The notes under the pieces were generated by a model. It made no database searches and was not told where the DNA came from. It was given only the letters and a program-made list of their open reading frames with translations. Both the position numbers and the translations under genes were made by a program. Shown in pieces: positions 22,417 to 64,000 of a stretch of 64,000 nucleotides of DNA (the first letter of the stretch is position 1; each line of letters begins with the position of its first letter). The DNA is from Amoebidium appalachense (Eukaryota; Protista; Ichthyosporea). Location: assembly GCA_963693365.1 (NCBI GenBank), contig CAVNZM010000017.1:4445375-4509374 (forward strand), given 5' to 3'.

Positions 22417-22525
22417 CCAGTAGGCGCATATTGGATCATATCTAATAGTATTGCCGTCTGATTCATTTATTTGTAATGTGAATTAACGGCACGGTTTTTT
22501 TTTTCTTCTGGGGGTGGGGTGGTGC

Positions 22526-22569
<44 letters not shown>

Positions 22570-22952
22570 TTAGACTTTTGTGTGTTCTGTATTCCCCCCT
22601 CCCCCTTCCCCCCTCCCCCCCCAAAAAAATAAATAAATAAATAAATAAATAAATAAATATATAAATAAATAAGCAAATAAATAGCTTAAAATAAAAACAT
22701 GCACCAACGGGCCATCCACCGAGTGCTCGGGGAGGGGAGGGAGGGGGGTTTTGGGGGGGGGGGGGGGGGGGGGGGGATTCAGAGCCTACGTGTGCATCAA
22801 TACTGCACAAGAAGGCTACTACACCCAGATACACACCCCTATCCCTCCCTCTATCCATTTCTCTCTCTCTCCCTCTCTCTCCCTCTCTCCCCCCTTCCCC
22901 CCCCCCCCCCCCCCCCCCCTCCCTTCTCGCTATACAGCTCTCTCTCTCTCTC

Positions 22953-22984
<32 letters not shown>

Positions 22985-22990
22985 CCCTCT

Positions 22991-23031
<41 letters not shown>

Positions 23032-24171
23032 CCCCTCTCTCTCTCTTTCTTTCTCTCTCTCTGTCTCTCTCTCTCTCTCGCTCGCACGCGCACGTGCTGT
23101 CAATCTCCCTTCTTCCTTCCCTCTCTCTTACTCTTTCACTCTCCCTCCCTCCCTCCACGTGTCCGTCCTCCCTGCCTCCCCCCCCCCCCCCTCCTCCCCC
23201 ACTGTCTCTTTCCTCAGGCTACAGATGTCTCCTTCTCTCTATGTATATTATAATCTCCCTCCTCCGAGGCTCCCTTTCTCCCTTTCTCTCCCTCTCTCCC
23301 TCTCCCTCTCTCCCTCTCTCTCGATCTCTCTCTCTCTCTCTCTCTCTCTATCGCTCGCTCTCTCGCTCCTCTTCTCTCTCTCTCTCTCTCTCTACCCTCC
23401 CCCTCTCCCTCCTATCCCTCTCTGTTCTCTATAACTAACCACGACTGGCTACGTAGGGCTGCGCTTCAACATGGCACCTTGTCAATGCCTCTCTCGGCCC
23501 AGTGATCGTTCGGTGACCGGGCATTGCCACATGCCTGGCCAAGTTGCGGCAGAATGCGTGTACATGCATGGGCATGATGTGCAAGATCGCAGCGCGTGTG
23601 TAGATGCACCTTTCTATGACGGGAAAACCTGAACATGGCACGTTCATGCAGATGGGACTGTATTAGTTGAAACAACAAAGATCATAGTTGCGTAACATCA
23701 CTAACGTGACATGCATCTGGCGAAACGTTTGGTCAAGCCTCTAATTCTTCTGAGTCAGGCAGTCATGTGTACTCACAGTCACAGTCAAGGAATTCGCGCG
23801 CCAAAACCCAAAAAAGGCAACTCACATATTTGTGAGCCCTTTACGCCAATGGGATGGTTCGAAGATAAGAGGCTGGCGATAATTGGTAGGAAGAACCGGC
23901 AATCACGAGTCAGATTACAGCTTTCTAGTTCAGTAATTTAAGAAATATTTAACATTATTAATGCTTTAATTGACGTAAGAACCCCATATAATTCATATTT
24001 CATGTTTTAAATGACATTTATTCAATTTCCGGTTTTTGTGAGCTTCTGGAACGGCACACATGCTGTGACAAAAGGCTCAAGCACAGTGACTCAAGTCACA
24101 CGCAGTTCACCTTCTTCAAGGGCACGTTCGTTTCAGTTTTTCCCATCTTCCATCATATTAAAACATCAAGA

Positions 24172-31876
<7,705 letters not shown>

Positions 31877-32939
31877 AAAAAAAAAAGCTTCACTCTCCCG
31901 ACACACACCACACATACAAACATACACACACGCGCGCACGCACACGCACAAACACACACACACACACACACACGCACACATACACACTCGCTCTCTTCTA
32001 ACCCATGATTCTCTTCTTCTTACCCAACCACAACCCACAAAGTCAGATTTCAACTGTTCCATTCATACACAAATGGGTGCTCAGTCCTTTGATTTGTACA
32101 CATGTGGCTTGCATGCTATATTAGCATAGGCTTTGGCCTTTTGTTGGCTTTTGAATGCCTTTTTTTGGCATTTGGCTCGTGCAGCATTGTTTTACAGTAT
32201 GTTGTCGCTGATATAATCAACGGATGCAATCTGTATTGTTGTTACGGTTTGCTTGTGGGGCGGATCGTTAATATTTCTCTTTCTTTCTTACCTTCTTCTT
32301 TCTTCTTTTTTTTTTGTTCCACTTCCACTTTTTAAGATAGAGGAGGATGTCTTTTTTTTTTCTTTTCCACTTCCACTTTTTAGAGAGGAGGATGTCTTTC
32401 ACCTTGTAAATCATGGAGAATACAAATAAAAAAGAAAAGAAAAAAAATAGGTGTGATTGGATGCATGTGGAATGCTGACCTACGGCGAATTAAAGAAAAC
32501 GTGTTGAGCACGTGTACATGTTTTCAGACACGTGAACCATAGAAGGACTCCGGTTCTTGTAGACTGATTTACAGGCCCTTTCGGCTCAGGTCGGACAGTG
32601 CTGTTTGGTGCGCATCTCGCCAATCGAATTTTGAATCGCTTTTGGGTCTGACCCGACCCGGATCTCTAAACCCCCCCCCCCCCCCTTTAACAGTCGCTCT
32701 ACGCAAATCCAAATGCTAAAAACCTCGGTCTGGGAGGGTATTCCAGAGAGGTTTGTCTGTTCGCGGAAAAGCCCACTACGTATGTGTTGTGCGCGTGTGC
32801 ACCAGCACTACATCTGTACATGTGTGTGTGCGTGTGTGTGGACGCGGCGGGGGCGCACGCGCTTGTGTGTGTGTGTGTGTTGTGTGTGTGTGTGCGTGAG
32901 CGTGCAATTTTGACATGTCGACGTGCCCAGATCTAGAGA

Positions 32940-32994
32940 GATCTAAGAGAACAATCAATCTTACAATAGAATCGATTGATTGTTCTCTTAGATC
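32940..32994. repeat. Perfect 21-bp inverted repeat with a 13-nt loop
   Basis: GATCTAAGAGAACAATCAATC / GATTGATTGTTCTCTTAGATC. Confidence 0.95.
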
Positions 32995-33193
32995 AATGAT
33001 GGGGCTTTGTCCCGGAAAAAGGCTAACACAGAGCTCGAGACAACCGTCGAATCGGAAATCGAATGCAGCTGCAGTTTAAAAAAACGTGAGGAGGGGCCCG
33101 GCCCAGGAGAGAGTTCAGTTAATAATATTTCGGTTATTGTGGTGGGTGGGTACATGTACGTTTTTTTGTTCTTCCCCCTTTTTTATTTTTGGA

Positions 33194-33226
<33 letters not shown>

Positions 33227-33494
33227 GGGGGGGGGGGGTCAGAATGCCCTATAACGAAGTTGGGGCCGTGGGGGAGGGGGGTAGGGAGTCCACAATGCGT
33301 TACGAAATCGGATAAAGGGGTGGGGGAAAGGGGAAAGAGGGGGGGGGGGGGGGGGGGGGGGAGTCATCACAAAATACTTGAGTTGCGAAAGTTCACTTGG
33401 CACGTGAAACCAACCAGAACTAATATGTACTCTTTTGGCGCGCGAAGCGGGGCATGCGTCACCCACAGCACCCGTTCGGACTCGAGTTAGCGAT

Positions 33495-33885
33495 ACTATT
33501 CTTCATAAATAATTCGAGGGAATAGCCCGGGCCTGATGAGCCCTGCTCACAAATAATCCACGAGAAAAACCCAGGCCTATTCACGAATAATCCACGAAAA
33601 TCATGAAATAATCCACGAGAATAACCCAGGCGCCTATTCACGAATAATCCACGAAGAAAGCCCAGGCCTATTCATAAATAATCCAGGAGAATAACCCAGG
33701 CCTATTCACAAATAATTCACGCGAATACAAATAATCCACGAGAATAACCCAGGCTATTCACGAACAATTCACGAGAATAACCCCGGCCTGCTCACGAATA
33801 AGTCACGAGAATAACCCAGGCCTATTCACAAATGATTCACTCGAACAACCAAGGCCTATTCATGAATGATTCACGAGAATAAACC
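33495..33885. repeat. ~34-bp minisatellite
   Basis: About 11 diverged head-to-tail copies of ATTCACGAATAATCCACGAGAATAACCCAGGCCT, with no unique spacers. Confidence 0.9.
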
Positions 33886-33998
33886 AACACAGACGTCGAC
33901 ACCGTTGCACCTTGGAAAGTGTTTCGACGGTGTTAGTGTGTGTGCATACTCGTGTGTGTATGAATGTGGGCAAGGCTGCCTGTCTGTGTCTTGCGTGT

Positions 33999-34081
<83 letters not shown>

Positions 34082-34705
34082 AGGGATGCTGCGCATGCGT
34101 GTGTGCATGCACATGTATGTGCACGAGCGCATGTTTGTGGGGCCCGAGTGAGGGAGCGGGGGGGGGGGGGGGGGGGGGGAGGGGGGGGGGGGGGGGGGGG
34201 AATGATAAGTAGCTGCACAAATTAAGAGCACTCATGCTCACTATTATTAATCCACTAATATGTGTACACGAGCTAATCGGGCTGCAGATTAAATCAACAT
34301 AGTCACTATATGTAGATACATAATATCTATATAGTCATTGTGTACATATCAGATCCGTGGGCGAGTAGTTGTGACAAGAACAAACTCTGGCAGCAAAAAG
34401 ATCGCAGTGTGTGAATGTTTCATTCATGCATGTATGCGAACACGTGTTGAAGAGCTAAGTGTACGATCACAGGTGTGTGTATATGTGTGTGTGTGTGTGC
34501 GTGCGCGCGCACACGCGTGTGTGTGTATGTGTATGTGTGTGTGTGTGCCACGTTTGTCTGTGTATGTATATATGCCATATTTCGATTATCATGTATGTCT
34601 TGCTCTACAACAACGTATCTCGACCACAGTAAACTCCGGGACCGATACCCTCCAGTGTGTCCTAAAATTCCCCCCCAAAAAAACAAAAAAAACCCAAAAA
34701 AAAAC

Positions 34706-36637
34706 CTAATGCCTCTGTCTCCTCCGCAATTTCAGCGGATTTCTTTGGAACCCACACTCCCTACCAACTAGTGTCTCCTTTAACGTCCCTTTATATAACG
34801 GCAACAGATTCCTAATGAAAGAACCCACGCTCTCAGGGTCTACATTAAAGAACTTTAACACATCTGCGGTTTCCTTTTCGGGAACATTCCCGGGGTTTCC
34901 GGGCCGAAAGCGCATTACCGATTTGGCGTCGCTAAGGAGGGTTCGAACGTAAATCCACCCAGGGGCTGGTAGACGCACGTGTAGCTGTGTTTCGTTAACG
35001 CACCCCACTTCGGAATGGGTTATAGTCCTGTTTGTACACTCGTCCTTAACATACTGAAGCACCTCCTTATGGTTAAACCCATACGCGTTCAACTCTCTAA
35101 CATCAAACTTGGACAGAGCGACGATGGACATTCCAATCGCGTGTGTGGGTGCGTGAAACTCCGCCAACCGCCCACACTTGCTTTTCGGCGAGACGGGATG
35201 CCAAGTATACCCACCCTCAAACGACAATGCAAAAACGGGAGACCTTGCTTCATTGGCGCCGGTCTGTGTGGTGGTATCAATAGGCGAACCTGGTTTGGGC
35301 ACGAAAAACGACTCGAAATGGGATGTGGCCGCTTGTCGCGTCAGCTTGAATGCATCCGGATGCATCACATCATCCGCGTCGACCCGTGTAGTGATCACAA
35401 CATCGGCGTTTCGCGACGCATTCAGAACCAATTCGTTGATATCCGGCAGCCCCGCATAGGTGGGTGGTTGGAAAAGAGGGGCCATGGAATACGGGCAATC
35501 GTGCGTGTAAGCAACATGAATAAAGGGATAGGGAGAGATTAACCGGGAAAGCCGTTCCCTGGACTCCGGAAGCATGTCTGGATCCGCAAAGAGAACCCAT
35601 AAAAAGGGTCCCTCTTGCTTGACAACGTTAGGAAGAGTGAAGGTCTCGAGCAAACTAAGCGCAAGCGCCATTCTGTTAGGGAATTTACCCATCCCCATGG
35701 CGAAACGGGTGCCCAGAAGATGGAAAATTCGGATAGACGGTCTAGTTTCCGGCGAAACCATGTTCTCCCCCGGTTTTTGCCGTGTTATGTCTACAAACGC
35801 ATCCTTCGGCAAAACCCCTCCCTCGGCGATTTTCGCGCCCTGAACCGCATTACCCCCTTTCTCGTTCAACCCCTCGGATCCCGGATTTTTCGCTTCCGCG
35901 TTTTCGTTCGTTAGTTCCTGCTTTGTTGTTTTTTCGTTGGGCAAGGACATGTGCTTGGCGCGTTCATCTAAATCAAGCAGTAAATCTCTCTCCCCCGGCC
36001 GATTTACATCAACAGCTGCTGGAGCATTAGCTTCTGGTTTCAATTCAGGTTTCATGCTTGGTTCCGGTGCCCCTTCGCGTGTAACATTAACGACAACGGG
36101 AGCCAATTTCTTGTTTTCCTGGTCGCGTTTCCATTGATCAATGTCCACACGGTAGTCTCTCTCCCCCTGTGCCTCTTGCACAACTTCAACTTCGCCCTTT
36201 GCTGGTGCAGGTTTACCGTTTTCCTTTTCGCTGGAATTCGCATCCTGGTTTTCGATGGGAGGAGCGGATGGTGAGGGTGGCTGAGGTTGGGGTGCGTGTG
36301 GCCTGTCTACGTTTGCATCAACAAGAAGCACGCTTTCATCATCCTCCCTGTCGTTTGAAACATCAACGTGAGGAATGTCGTTCTTCTCCTTCGCATCCTC
36401 CTTGTTACTCGTAACATCATCGACAACAATCTGAAACGCACCGCCATCCATGTGGTTTAGTTGGATGTGGTTCATGCGGGTGTCTTGCTCGTCTAAGTCA
36501 TCTGCATGTCTCTCTGCTTGGTGCACTACGAGAAAGAGGTAGAGAACAGAGGCAACAATAAGAGAAACTATCCATCCACGCGAGCGCCTACCACCCCAAG
36601 GAGGCGGGACAGATTTGGAGTAACCAGGCTGGTGCAT
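34706..36637 (-). CDS. Intronless type II membrane glycosyltransferase-like protein (putative rhamnosyltransferase family)
   Basis: Uninterrupted ORF with first ATG at 36637. N-terminal TM segment (WIVSLIVASVLYLFLVV), acidic stem, then GTRF..R..LLETFTLPNVVKQEGPFLWVLFADP..VITTRVDADD (DxD-type motif). The family assignment is from motif recall only. Confidence 0.75.
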   Translation of the reverse strand: MHQPGYSKSVPPPWGGRRSRGWIVSLIVASVLYLFLVVHQAERHADDLDEQDTRMNHIQLNHMDGGAFQIVVDDVTSNKEDAKEKNDIPHVDVSNDREDDESVLLVDANVDRPHAPQPQPPSPSAPPIENQDANSSEKENGKPAPAKGEVEVVQEAQGERDYRVDIDQWKRDQENKKLAPVVVNVTREGAPEPSMKPELKPEANAPAAVDVNRPGERDLLLDLDERAKHMSLPNEKTTKQELTNENAEAKNPGSEGLNEKGGNAVQGAKIAEGGVLPKDAFVDITRQKPGENMVSPETRPSIRIFHLLGTRFAMGMGKFPNRMALALSLLETFTLPNVVKQEGPFLWVLFADPDMLPESRERLSRLISPYPFIHVAYTHDCPYSMAPLFQPPTYAGLPDINELVLNASRNADVVITTRVDADDVMHPDAFKLTRQAATSHFESFFVPKPGSPIDTTTQTGANEARSPVFALSFEGGYTWHPVSPKSKCGRLAEFHAPTHAIGMSIVALSKFDVRELNAYGFNHKEVLQYVKDECTNRTITHSEVGCVNETQLHVRLPAPGWIYVRTLLSDAKSVMRFRPGNPGNVPEKETADVLKFFNVDPESVGSFIRNLLPLYKGTLKETLVGRECGFQRNPLKLRRRQRH

Positions 36638-37404
36638 GGTGCTTTTTACTCTCAAAAGCTCATGTTTGAGCAAAAAAAGGGAAACATCAAAGAGTAGCTA
36701 ATTATTGCGACCTCTAATCGTGTTGGAGTGCGGCGTGCCAATCGTGTTGGCTTTTTAGCTATGGTTTCAAGTTGTTAGAAAGGGAAAGAAGGTTCGTGTG
36801 TGTGAAGGAAAAAACGGAGGACGTTGTGCGTGTATGGGTCTACAGGTACTTCCATGCCGCTTGACGCAAGTTCTTACATATATACACCAACCGGGGAAAG
36901 CCTGTCAGAGGAAACCTGATGTGAGATATAGCTAAAAGCATGGAACATGGCCGAACGGTTGTGTGGACTGGACGGAACAAGTCGCTGCAGCGGTGCAGCC
37001 ATGGCCAGCAGCCTAAAATTCAGAATTTTACACGGACCGGCGAAATGTAGATTTAAAAAACGTTTAAAATGATAAGCTTCCAACTTAATTAAAAATTTTA
37101 ATTGCAACTAAAAACAAACTATTGCTTTAGGACTTGGTTGTCATGAAATGTCTTTGTCATACCGCGAAGATTGGGCAAAACTAATCCAATCATTCTTGCC
37201 GATTCTAGGCAGATTAGCCTTTTGTGGCTAACATAAACCTTCAAAAGACTGTCGCAAACACCCTTTTAAATTTGTGACCTTCGACAAAAAAAAAAACTAC
37301 ACTTTTCTCTCGAGCTCCAATACTGACTAAGCGTTTTCACTTTTCTGAACAGCGTGGTTTTGTTATTTTTTTTCGTTCCCTTTGTCGGGTATCAGCGGAA
37401 ATTG
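36638..37404. promoter_or_regulatory. Probable divergent promoter region
   Basis: ~770-bp microsatellite-free interval between head-to-head start codons, with CCAATC motifs near 36738 and 37186. Confidence 0.45.
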
Positions 37405-45729
<8,325 letters not shown>

Positions 45730-46231
45730 GATTGTAAAAAATAATTTTTCAAAGGATTTTTCCTTCTTTTTTTCATTTCCTGTTCAAAGTTTTGGGTTTT
45801 CTCTCTTCATTCCTTTCTTTCTATCATCTTTTCACTTCTTCTTCTTCTTCTTCTCCTTTTTTTTTTTTTTTTTTTTTTTTCCCTCTCTCTCTCTCTTTTG
45901 TTGTTGTTGTTGTTGTTGTTGGTTGGTTGGTTGGTTGGTTGGCTGGTTGCTTTTCACGACTCCCCCCCCCCCCCCCCCCCCCCCCCGTTTTTGTGTGTGT
46001 GTAGTTGATGGTGGTGGTGGTGGTGGTGGGGGGGGGGGAGAGGGGGGGAGAGGGGGGTCGAGAGTATGGATGTGCATGTATGGCTGTGCATGTGGACTTC
46101 CATGCGTGAATGATTTTGTTATTCTCTTCGAATACAAAGAACCACCTACAGTGTTTGAACACATTTACACATACACACACACACAAGCGCGTGCACCTAT
46201 GCGTACACACACACGCACACACGCGCGCGCG

Positions 46232-46315
<84 letters not shown>

Positions 46316-46812
46316 CTCTCTCTCTCTCTCTCTCCCTCTCTCTCTCTCTGAAAAGATGTCCACTCACACGTGAGGGGAGAAAGAAAGAAAGAAGGGGGGA
46401 GCTGGGGGGAAAGAGACAGAGAGAATTTCACAGAAGTTTTTTTTTTTTTTTTTTTTTTTTTTTCTCCTCTTGATCAGTCTGCGGAATGTAAAGGAAGGAA
46501 AGTTGTTGTCTTATTTGTGGATTCCCTAGTCGACGATTGGCGTTGCACGATTTTTTTTTTAAGATTTAATTTCAAAAAAGGTAGTATTGATGTTTTTAAC
46601 TTAGACCACAGAAGGAGTGGCTCTATGTGGACGAGCGCAAAAGAAAATAAATTTCTCAAATTTCAAGTATCCACGGTGCACATCGGGCCTACCAGCTCTC
46701 ATTAACATGCATGGGTATTGAAATGCATTTTAAGGCCCTCACATCTATAGTTATCTAGCTGTGATGATCGAGATTTGCGATCCCCCCCCCCCTCCCCCCC
46801 CCCCCCCCTCTC

Positions 46813-46863
46813 CGCGTTCCGCCGCTGCCACGTAATCGACCTGAAGTTTGTGCTTCGAGGGGC

Positions 46864-46894
<31 letters not shown>

Positions 46895-47045
46895 AATCGG
46901 GTGGCCGGATCTTTGACGAGAAGTCCGACGTGTACAGTTTTGGTATCACCATGTACGAGATATTCAGCAATGGGGCCCCGCCATTGGCTGAATATCATTC
47001 ACGCCAGGTTCTGTCAGCTGCTTCTCATGGTAGGAACCGCCCTCA

Positions 47046-47080
<35 letters not shown>

Positions 47081-47928
47081 TTCCCCCCTGAAAACAAAAA
47101 AAAGTGCCCCCCCCCCCCCCCCCCCCCCCGGCCTCCCCCTCTCGCCGCCCTCTCCCCGTGTAATAACCCTCCTTTCCGCTTCCTCCAGCCCCCGTCACCC
47201 CCCCTCATCCACCCTCCCTACCAACCCCCGAAACTCAATCGCATAAACACAAGCCCACACACTCTTGCATGCACTCACGCATACACACACATCTGCACAA
47301 GCATACATATACACACCAATGGCTCGTTCCGCACATGTTATTCTGCAACACATTTTTAGAACTGCAACGAAATTTGTAACCTCACACAGCACTCTCCATA
47401 ACCATCTATGTACTTGTGGCTGTAGAAACTGCCACACTATCGACCATTTATCTCATCTTCCCATCTTTTTCACCATCATCAACTGCAAAGATAGATCCAT
47501 AAACCGTTTCTACATATCTTGGGTTTTCGGGTATCCGAGATATATCCGTTACATATTAGCCGCCCAGATACCTCGAATCATCAGATACCCGAGACACATC
47601 ATAAACCCGGCCACGCATCTCGTATTTCTAGATATCCGCGATATAAATCCAATATTACCTACCAAAGTATCCCGAGCCAAAATTTTCAAATACATTTATC
47701 CGAAAAATATATCCAATAATAACCACACATTTATCTCGAAATTTCAGGTATCCTCCTCCGCCAGCCATCCACCTGCCCAGATGACGTGTATGCGCTCATG
47801 CAGCAGTGTTGGCACCCATTAGCCAGTCAGAGGCCGACTTTTGCAAACATCGTCTCCCTATTGGTGGAGCTTCGGTCGGCTGTCGACGCACAAAGATCTG
47901 GTGGCACCGAATCAGCACCTCTGGTATT

Positions 47929-47968
<40 letters not shown>

Positions 47969-48500
47969 ACGCACCCATCCAACCACTTATCCCCCCCACC
48001 TCAACAAACCCCAATTTACAAAAAAAAAGAAAAGAAAGGAAAGAAAGAAAGAAAGAAAGACTAGAGATGAAGGAAAAGGGAGGGGGGAACCCCTATTTTT
48101 TATTTTTTTTTAAAAAAAATAAATTGTATAACAAAGAAAGCGGGGCAGGGGAGGGGAGGGGAGGGGTGTGTGTGTGTGTGTGGGTGTGTGTGTGTGGGGG
48201 GGGGGGGGGGGGGGGAGGGGGGGGAAGGCTCTCGGCGCCCTTTTCCCTCTTATCCCCTCGTCACTGTTTGTGCCGTGTACACTTTCAAGTCACCAATGCC
48301 AGTAGCTTCAAAATAGGTTTTGAAACTTTTAAAGCAAGTTGAAGGTTTTAAACCATGAATATCACGTCACAATCCACAGGTCCAGACCGTTGATGCGGAG
48401 CCAAACCTCTTCAATTTAATTGAGATGGTTTCGGACCTCCAAAAGGAAAAGGCGGGCGTACATGTGCAACCTCACCAGGAGATTACGATCAACACTGTAT
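46813..48500 (+). pseudogene. Protein tyrosine kinase C-lobe fragment (truncated gene or pseudogene)
   Basis: Exon ~46813-47029 reads PEV..RIFDEKSDVYSFGITMYEIFSNGAPP and exon 47748-47923 reads CPDDVYALMQQCWHPLASQRPTF. A further exon is probable from 48380. No GxGxxG, HRD or DFG exons were found in the ~1 kb after the FMO stop. Confidence 0.65.
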
Positions 48501-49196
48501 GTACCACACACAGTCATTTTACCCCACTCACAACCATCATACCAATTACCCATCTACAAGCACGACCACACACTCTCTCTGGGTGCTCCAAAGTTGTCCC
48601 ACACAAAACCACAAAGCCACACCAGCTCACAGCTCCGTCACACAAACACATGTACAAACATATGTATACTCGCACACATCCCACGTGCTGAAGCACAATT
48701 GCAAAGGTACGGTGTCACAGGAACTCAGGCATGCTGGCCCTGGGTCAACTGCAGCAGGCTATGTACGGTGGCCCCTCGAGTACTTTAATTTCAGCTACAG
48801 TGACGCACAAATGCACACACACATAGGTACACACAAATTTGTACATGTGGCGCACACGCATCTGAGAATACATAGACACGCAAACACACGTCATTGACGT
48901 GGAAATAATGTCATACAGTCTCACGTGCACACACACATATGTGCGTACGTGCGTTTGTGTCAGTGGTATGAACGGGTGTGCATTTAAGCAGGTGTGCGTG
49001 TGTGTGTGTGCGCGTATATGCATGCGTGTTTGTGTGTGCGTGGTCTGCGTGTCTCTGTACGTGTGCGTGTGTGTGTGCACGTGTGTGTGTTTGTGTGTGT
49101 GTGTGTATGTGTGTGTATGTGTGTGCGCGCGCGTGTGTGTATGTTTGTGTGTGTGTGTGTATGTGTGTGTGTGTATGTGTGTGTGCGCGCGCGCGC

Positions 49197-49232
<36 letters not shown>

Positions 49233-49747
49233 GTGCGCGTACATCACGCACATCATATGCGTGTGCACGTGTGTAGTCACGTGCACATAGGGCATCCGAA
49301 AAAATGCAAAAAAAATTCCTGACGGTGCGTGTACCACCAATCAAACATGTGCAATATGTCCAAATCGAGCTAACAATACCCTTATCTGATTGGGTTTACG
49401 TGAATTATAGAACAAGGTCTACGTCACTTCTGGCTCTTTTTTTCAGCCGCAGTGCATTCCTGTCAAAACCGTTGAAATTCACAAAAGGAGACAACACAAA
49501 ACATGGGGAAAAATTTCTAGGTTTACACGTTATTGTTAGGGCTAAGGTTAGGATTTGCCCTGTATGTGACAACGTATCTTACGTATCAAACGTATTTGTT
49601 CTACTTGTATATCATTTCTAAGCATCTACCCACAATTTGCAAGCATTTGCGCATGCAGCCCCATCAATTCGTTTTTCGCACCACAATCATTCAACCTCAC
49701 CACAATGTATAACGTTACTCATCACACGCACTAGTATACCATTTACC

Positions 49748-63181
<13,434 letters not shown>

Positions 63182-63867
63182 GTGGGTTTATGCTCGAAAT
63201 TTGGGGTATATCTTGCTTTTGGATGGCCCTGATGCTAGATATACAGAGCTCCCCTGCGTTATAAGTACACCTTGGAATCCAGCCCTATTTCGAGCCAAAC
63301 TCGGGGTTTTTTGGAATAATTTAAGTGACAGATTGATTAATCTATTATATTTGGTGTCACTCTTCCCCCCCCCCCCCCCCCCCCTCCCCCCCCCTCCCCC
63401 CGTTCTTAGTATAATTAATGGGCACCCTGATGGGTTGTCCAAGTTAGATATGCCGTAAAAATATTAAGCCTAGATAGATTCCACTCCGAATTTCCTTACC
63501 CAAAGTAACCTACGCTCACAGTATCAATTGGACCAGTTGTTGAAGGTGGATATCCCGAAAATCAAAGTCGAGATAGTTTCCCCACAAGTTTCCCTGACTC
63601 CAAGTCACCTACCAACTATTGTATAAACGTGACTACCTCTGATCTGAACGACAGTTCCCTTTTTTTTTTTTAACCAATACTAATTTCCGATTTTCGCCTA
63701 CTGACTATCCCCCGTCTATCCAATCCAGCTGTGTGCGGTGCATTTGCCCCCCGACTATCTCATCGGCATTCTCATTGCTCGGTTTGGCCTGGGGCCGTGG
63801 TTGCAGGCTACGCAGAAACAGTAACACCCCCCCCCCCCCCCCCCCCCCCCAGAAAAAGAGAGAGAAT

Positions 63868-63898
<31 letters not shown>

Positions 63899-64000
63899 AC
63901 CCACCACACACACACACTTCCCCCTCTCTTAGGGCAATCTGCACACCCACCCGCCCACACACTCACACCCAAGCACATGAAATCTGCACGTACATATATC

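Noticed and set aside
33495-33885. CRISPR-like array
   Set aside because: Head-to-tail degenerate units without unique spacers, in a eukaryotic context with no cas genes. The same applies to the arrays at 40078 and 51270.

Overview
Intron-rich eukaryotic DNA saturated with poly(C)/poly(G), (CA)n/(GT)n and (CT)n tracts. Most entries in the ORF track are artefacts of these repeats. A tyrosine-kinase C-lobe, a UBR3-type ligase and a histidine-kinase-like gene together suggest a unicellular holozoan (inference). Genes reconstructed by hand-splicing: the 3' end of a degenerate histidine-kinase-like gene, a Ser-rich unknown gene, a FadJ/HADHA-like fatty-acid oxidation enzyme, cytosolic aspartate aminotransferase, an intronless rhamnosyltransferase-like gene (minus strand), a flavin monooxygenase, a tyrosine-kinase fragment and the 5' part of UBR3. 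The main candidate for a new system is a LINE-type reverse transcriptase (about 5920-7923) with no visible endonuclease. It is directly preceded by a ~300-nt nested, G·U-rich, pseudoknotted RNA fold. That fold appears homologous to a family of at least 11 dispersed intronic elements that show compensatory base changes in a pseudoknot and hairpins, are variably 5'-truncated and end at a C-run. All folds and alignments were done by eye and need computational confirmation.
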